Shown here in pieces: positions 25,412 through 27,690 of a stretch of DNA of 27,690 nucleotides. Origin of the DNA: Armatimonadota bacterium (GTDB lineage Bacteria; Armatimonadota; UBA5829; DTLH01). Under the pieces are notes generated by a model, which was given only the letters and a program-made list of their open reading frames with translations, had not been told where the DNA came from and ran no database searches. The stretch's first letter is position 1. Each line of letters opens with the position of its first letter. The DNA is taken from contig JBDKSP010000116.1 in assembly GCA_039680575.1 (NCBI GenBank), positions 1 to 27,690 of the forward strand, given 5' to 3'. The translations under genes were made by a program, and so were the position numbers.

Positions 25412-25427
25412 GTGAACTGCGGGTGCG

Positions 25428-26087
25428 ATGAAATCGGATTCATTTTCTAAATTACCCAAACAGGTTATCACTGGTCTTTATGTCATCACCGACGGCAGGT
25501 TCGAGCCGGACCGGGGCCACATTGCCATTACCGCAGCCGCTATCGCAGGAGGAGCGCCCGTCGTACAGCTCAGGGAGACTAACCTGGCCGACCGGGACCT
25601 GCTGGAAGTTGCTCGACGCATAAGAACCCTCACGCTGGACGCCGGTATAACATTTATCATCAATAACAGGCTCGATATAGCAATCGCCTGCAATGCGGAC
25701 GGACTCCATATAGGCCAGGATGACTTTCCGGCAAGCGCAGCAAGGAAAATACTGGGACCGAGTGCAATTATAGGAGTCTCTACGAGTAACGTCGAAGAAG
25801 CATTAAAGGCCGAAACGGACGGAGCGGACTATGTCGGTGTAGGACCGGTCTTTTCGACGATGACCAAGCTGGACGCGGGTGAAGCAGTCGGGTTGGAAAC
25901 TGTGACCCGGATCAAGCAGGCTGTCCGGCTGCCCGTTGTGGCCATCGGAGGAATTTCTATCTCTAATATCCGCTCAGTGGCGCTTGCCGGAGCTGACTCG
26001 GCTGCAGTCATATCGGCGGTAACCGGTGCGCCCGACATGGCCGGAGCGGTAAAGGCTTTATCAGAGGAATTTCGACCCGGAAGCTAG
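25428..26087 (+). CDS. thiE: Thiamine-phosphate synthase
   Basis: LYVITD, VQLRE, ADGLHIGQDD, IIGVST, ADYVGVGPVF.T.TK, PVVAIGGI, AVISAV. Upstream of thiC. Confidence 0.92.
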   Translation: MKSDSFSKLPKQVITGLYVITDGRFEPDRGHIAITAAAIAGGAPVVQLRETNLADRDLLEVARRIRTLTLDAGITFIINNRLDIAIACNADGLHIGQDDFPASAARKILGPSAIIGVSTSNVEEALKAETDGADYVGVGPVFSTMTKLDAGEAVGLETVTRIKQAVRLPVVAIGGISISNIRSVALAGADSAAVISAVTGAPDMAGAVKALSEEFRPGS

Positions 26088-26120
26088 CCGGGCTTTGCAA
26101 GCAGCATTGGAGGTATATAG

Positions 26121-27410
26121 TTGACACAATTAGAGTCAGCGAAAGCTGGTATACTTACCCCCGAGATGAAAATGGTCGCGGAGAGCGAGCATGTCGATGT
26201 AGAAACAATCTTAAGGGGTGTTAAGTCGGGCAGGATTGTCATCCCGCGCAACGTGAACAGGAAGATGGCTTCGCCAAGAGGTGTCGGCGAAGGTCTCAAG
26301 GTCAAAGTGAACGCGAACATCGGCACATCGGCTGATTTTCCGGATATGGCGCCTGAGCTTGAGAAACTCCAAGTTGCACTCGATGCTGGTGCAGACGCCG
26401 TAATGGACTTAAGCACCGGCGGTGACATACTGAACATCCGAAAAGAGATCCTTTCGCGCTGCCCCGTGCCAATAGGCACAGTCCCGATGTATGAAGCAGC
26501 CGTCTCTGCAATCGAGCGCAAGGGTTCGATTGTCGATATGACCGAGGACGATCTCTTATCAGCCATAGAGCACCAGGCAGAGCAGGGAGTCGACTTCGTC
26601 ACCGTCCACTGCGGCGTGACGAGGGAGTCCATATCAAGGCTTCAGAAGCAGGGCAGGCTGACGGATGTGGTCAGCCGGGGAGGCGCGTTCCTCACCTGCT
26701 GGATGCTCGCAAACGAAAAGGAAAACCCGCTTTATCTCCGCTATGATGACCTGCTGGACATTGCAAGAAAGCACGACGTCACCCTTTCTCTCGGCGATGG
26801 GTTACGCCCGGGTTCTATAGCGGATGCAACTGACCGCGCACAAGTGCAGGAGTTGATAATCCTCGGTGAGCTCGTGCAGCGAGCGCGTGAAGCAGGAGTT
26901 CAGGCGATGGTCGAAGGACCGGGACATGTTCCGCTCGATCAGGTGGCAGCCAATATCGTTCTCCAGAAACGGCTCTGCGACGGAGCGCCGTTCTATGTTC
27001 TTGGGCCGCTCGTAACTGATATTGCTCCTGGTTATGACCACATCACATCGGCCATCGGAGGAGCGGTCGCGGCTATGTCGGGAGCGGATTTCATCTGCTA
27101 CGTAACACCGAGCGAGCACCTCGGCCTTCCGACGGTCCAGGATGTCCGTGAGGGAGTAATTGCCGCCCGAATTGCCGGCCATGCCGCGGATTTGGTAAGG
27201 CGCGTGCCGGGAGCGCGTGAGTGGGATGTAGCAATGTCCACAGCCCGCAAGGCACTGGATTGGAAGAAGCAGTTGGAGCTTGCAATCGATCCCGTCAAAG
27301 CCAGAGAGATTCGTGAAAAGCGCTGCACGCACGCGGAAGAGGCCTGCTCCATGTGCAGTTCCTACTGCGCTATGAAAGTCGTAGAGCAATATCTGGATTC
27401 GAGAAAGTAG
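26121..27410 (+). CDS. thiC: Phosphomethylpyrimidine synthase (short form)
   Basis: [73 protein letters not shown]-terminal CSMC...C Fe-S motif. TTG start with GGAGGT. Confidence 0.96.
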   Translation: MTQLESAKAGILTPEMKMVAESEHVDVETILRGVKSGRIVIPRNVNRKMASPRGVGEGLKVKVNANIGTSADFPDMAPELEKLQVALDAGADAVMDLSTGGDILNIRKEILSRCPVPIGTVPMYEAAVSAIERKGSIVDMTEDDLLSAIEHQAEQGVDFVTVHCGVTRESISRLQKQGRLTDVVSRGGAFLTCWMLANEKENPLYLRYDDLLDIARKHDVTLSLGDGLRPGSIADATDRAQVQELIILGELVQRAREAGVQAMVEGPGHVPLDQVAANIVLQKRLCDGAPFYVLGPLVTDIAPGYDHITSAIGGAVAAMSGADFICYVTPSEHLGLPTVQDVREGVIAARIAGHAADLVRRVPGAREWDVAMSTARKALDWKKQLELAIDPVKAREIREKRCTHAEEACSMCSSYCAMKVVEQYLDSRK

Positions 27411-27417
27411 GAAGGAT

Positions 27418-27571
27418 TTAGGATTTAGAGGGATTCGTGCAATTTTTCTATGCTTCGGGACCGCAGTTCGTCCTACCCCGTGGACCTATTGGGCCACAGG
27501 AGTAGTAACCGTGGACCTACCGGACCACGGGGAGAAGCACAATTTTCTGAGATTCACCCCCTAAATCCTAA
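27418..27571. mobile_element. MITE-like composite palindromic element (family A copy interrupted by a second palindrome)
   Basis: Terminal inverted repeats TTAGGATTTAGAGGG (27418-27432) / CCCCCTAAATCCTAA (27557-27571), 14/15 match. Internal family A copy split by a 60-nt insert. Confidence 0.55.
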
Positions 27572-27600
27572 GTAGTCTCCGTTTCTAGTAGCAGCTATGG

Positions 27601-27652
27601 GTAGAGTCCGGCTCTTGCAGAGCCGATGGCCGGCACGGAGACCGGCCACTAC
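27601..27652. repeat. Pair of inverted GTAG-type REP sequences (REPIN-like)
   Basis: GTAGAGTC-CGGCTC-TTGCA-GAGCCG, and on the minus strand GTAGT-GGCCGG-TCTCCGTG-CCGGCC. Each is GTAG plus a hairpin. Confidence 0.65.
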
Positions 27653-27690
27653 GTCAAGCTGGCCTGCTATTAAGACAGGATGTTACTTAG

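Noticed and set aside
26121..27410. BzaA/BzaB/BzaF instead of ThiC
   Set aside because: Operon with thiE and a THI-box-like leader, and no cobalamin genes nearby. A phylogeny would settle it.
27474..27533. Mini CRISPR array (two CCGTGGACCTA units)
   Set aside because: Only two imperfect units with about 7 nt between them, and no cas genes.

Overview
Bacterial core-genome window of about 53% GC by eye. The gene content suggests Terrabacteria, plausibly Armatimonadota; this is inference only. The left end carries the tail of a probable chemoreceptor, a cupin and a PQQ-type sugar dehydrogenase lipoprotein (+). A roughly 22 kb co-oriented minus-strand run follows: STAS, nusA, ylxR, infB, DUF503, rbfA, DHH/nrnA, a truB-ribF fusion, rpsO, pnp, M16 peptidase, dapB, an AbrB/PIN toxin-antitoxin pair, asd, murB, ddl, ftsQ, DUF881, sbp, ftsA, ftsZ and an HI0933 flavoprotein. 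The right end has a small membrane/pilin-like protein and thiE-thiC (+). I found no rRNA, tRNA, CRISPR array or transposase. The most unusual signals are: a TPP-riboswitch-shaped leader whose core conserved nucleotides are changed, upstream of a ThiE with two motif substitutions; the TruB-RibF fusion; structured intergenic RNAs on both sides of infB; a rimP-leader hairpin without rimP; a family of small palindromic repeats, one copy nested inside other repeats; and CTGTTCC heptamer arrays inside two coding sequences.
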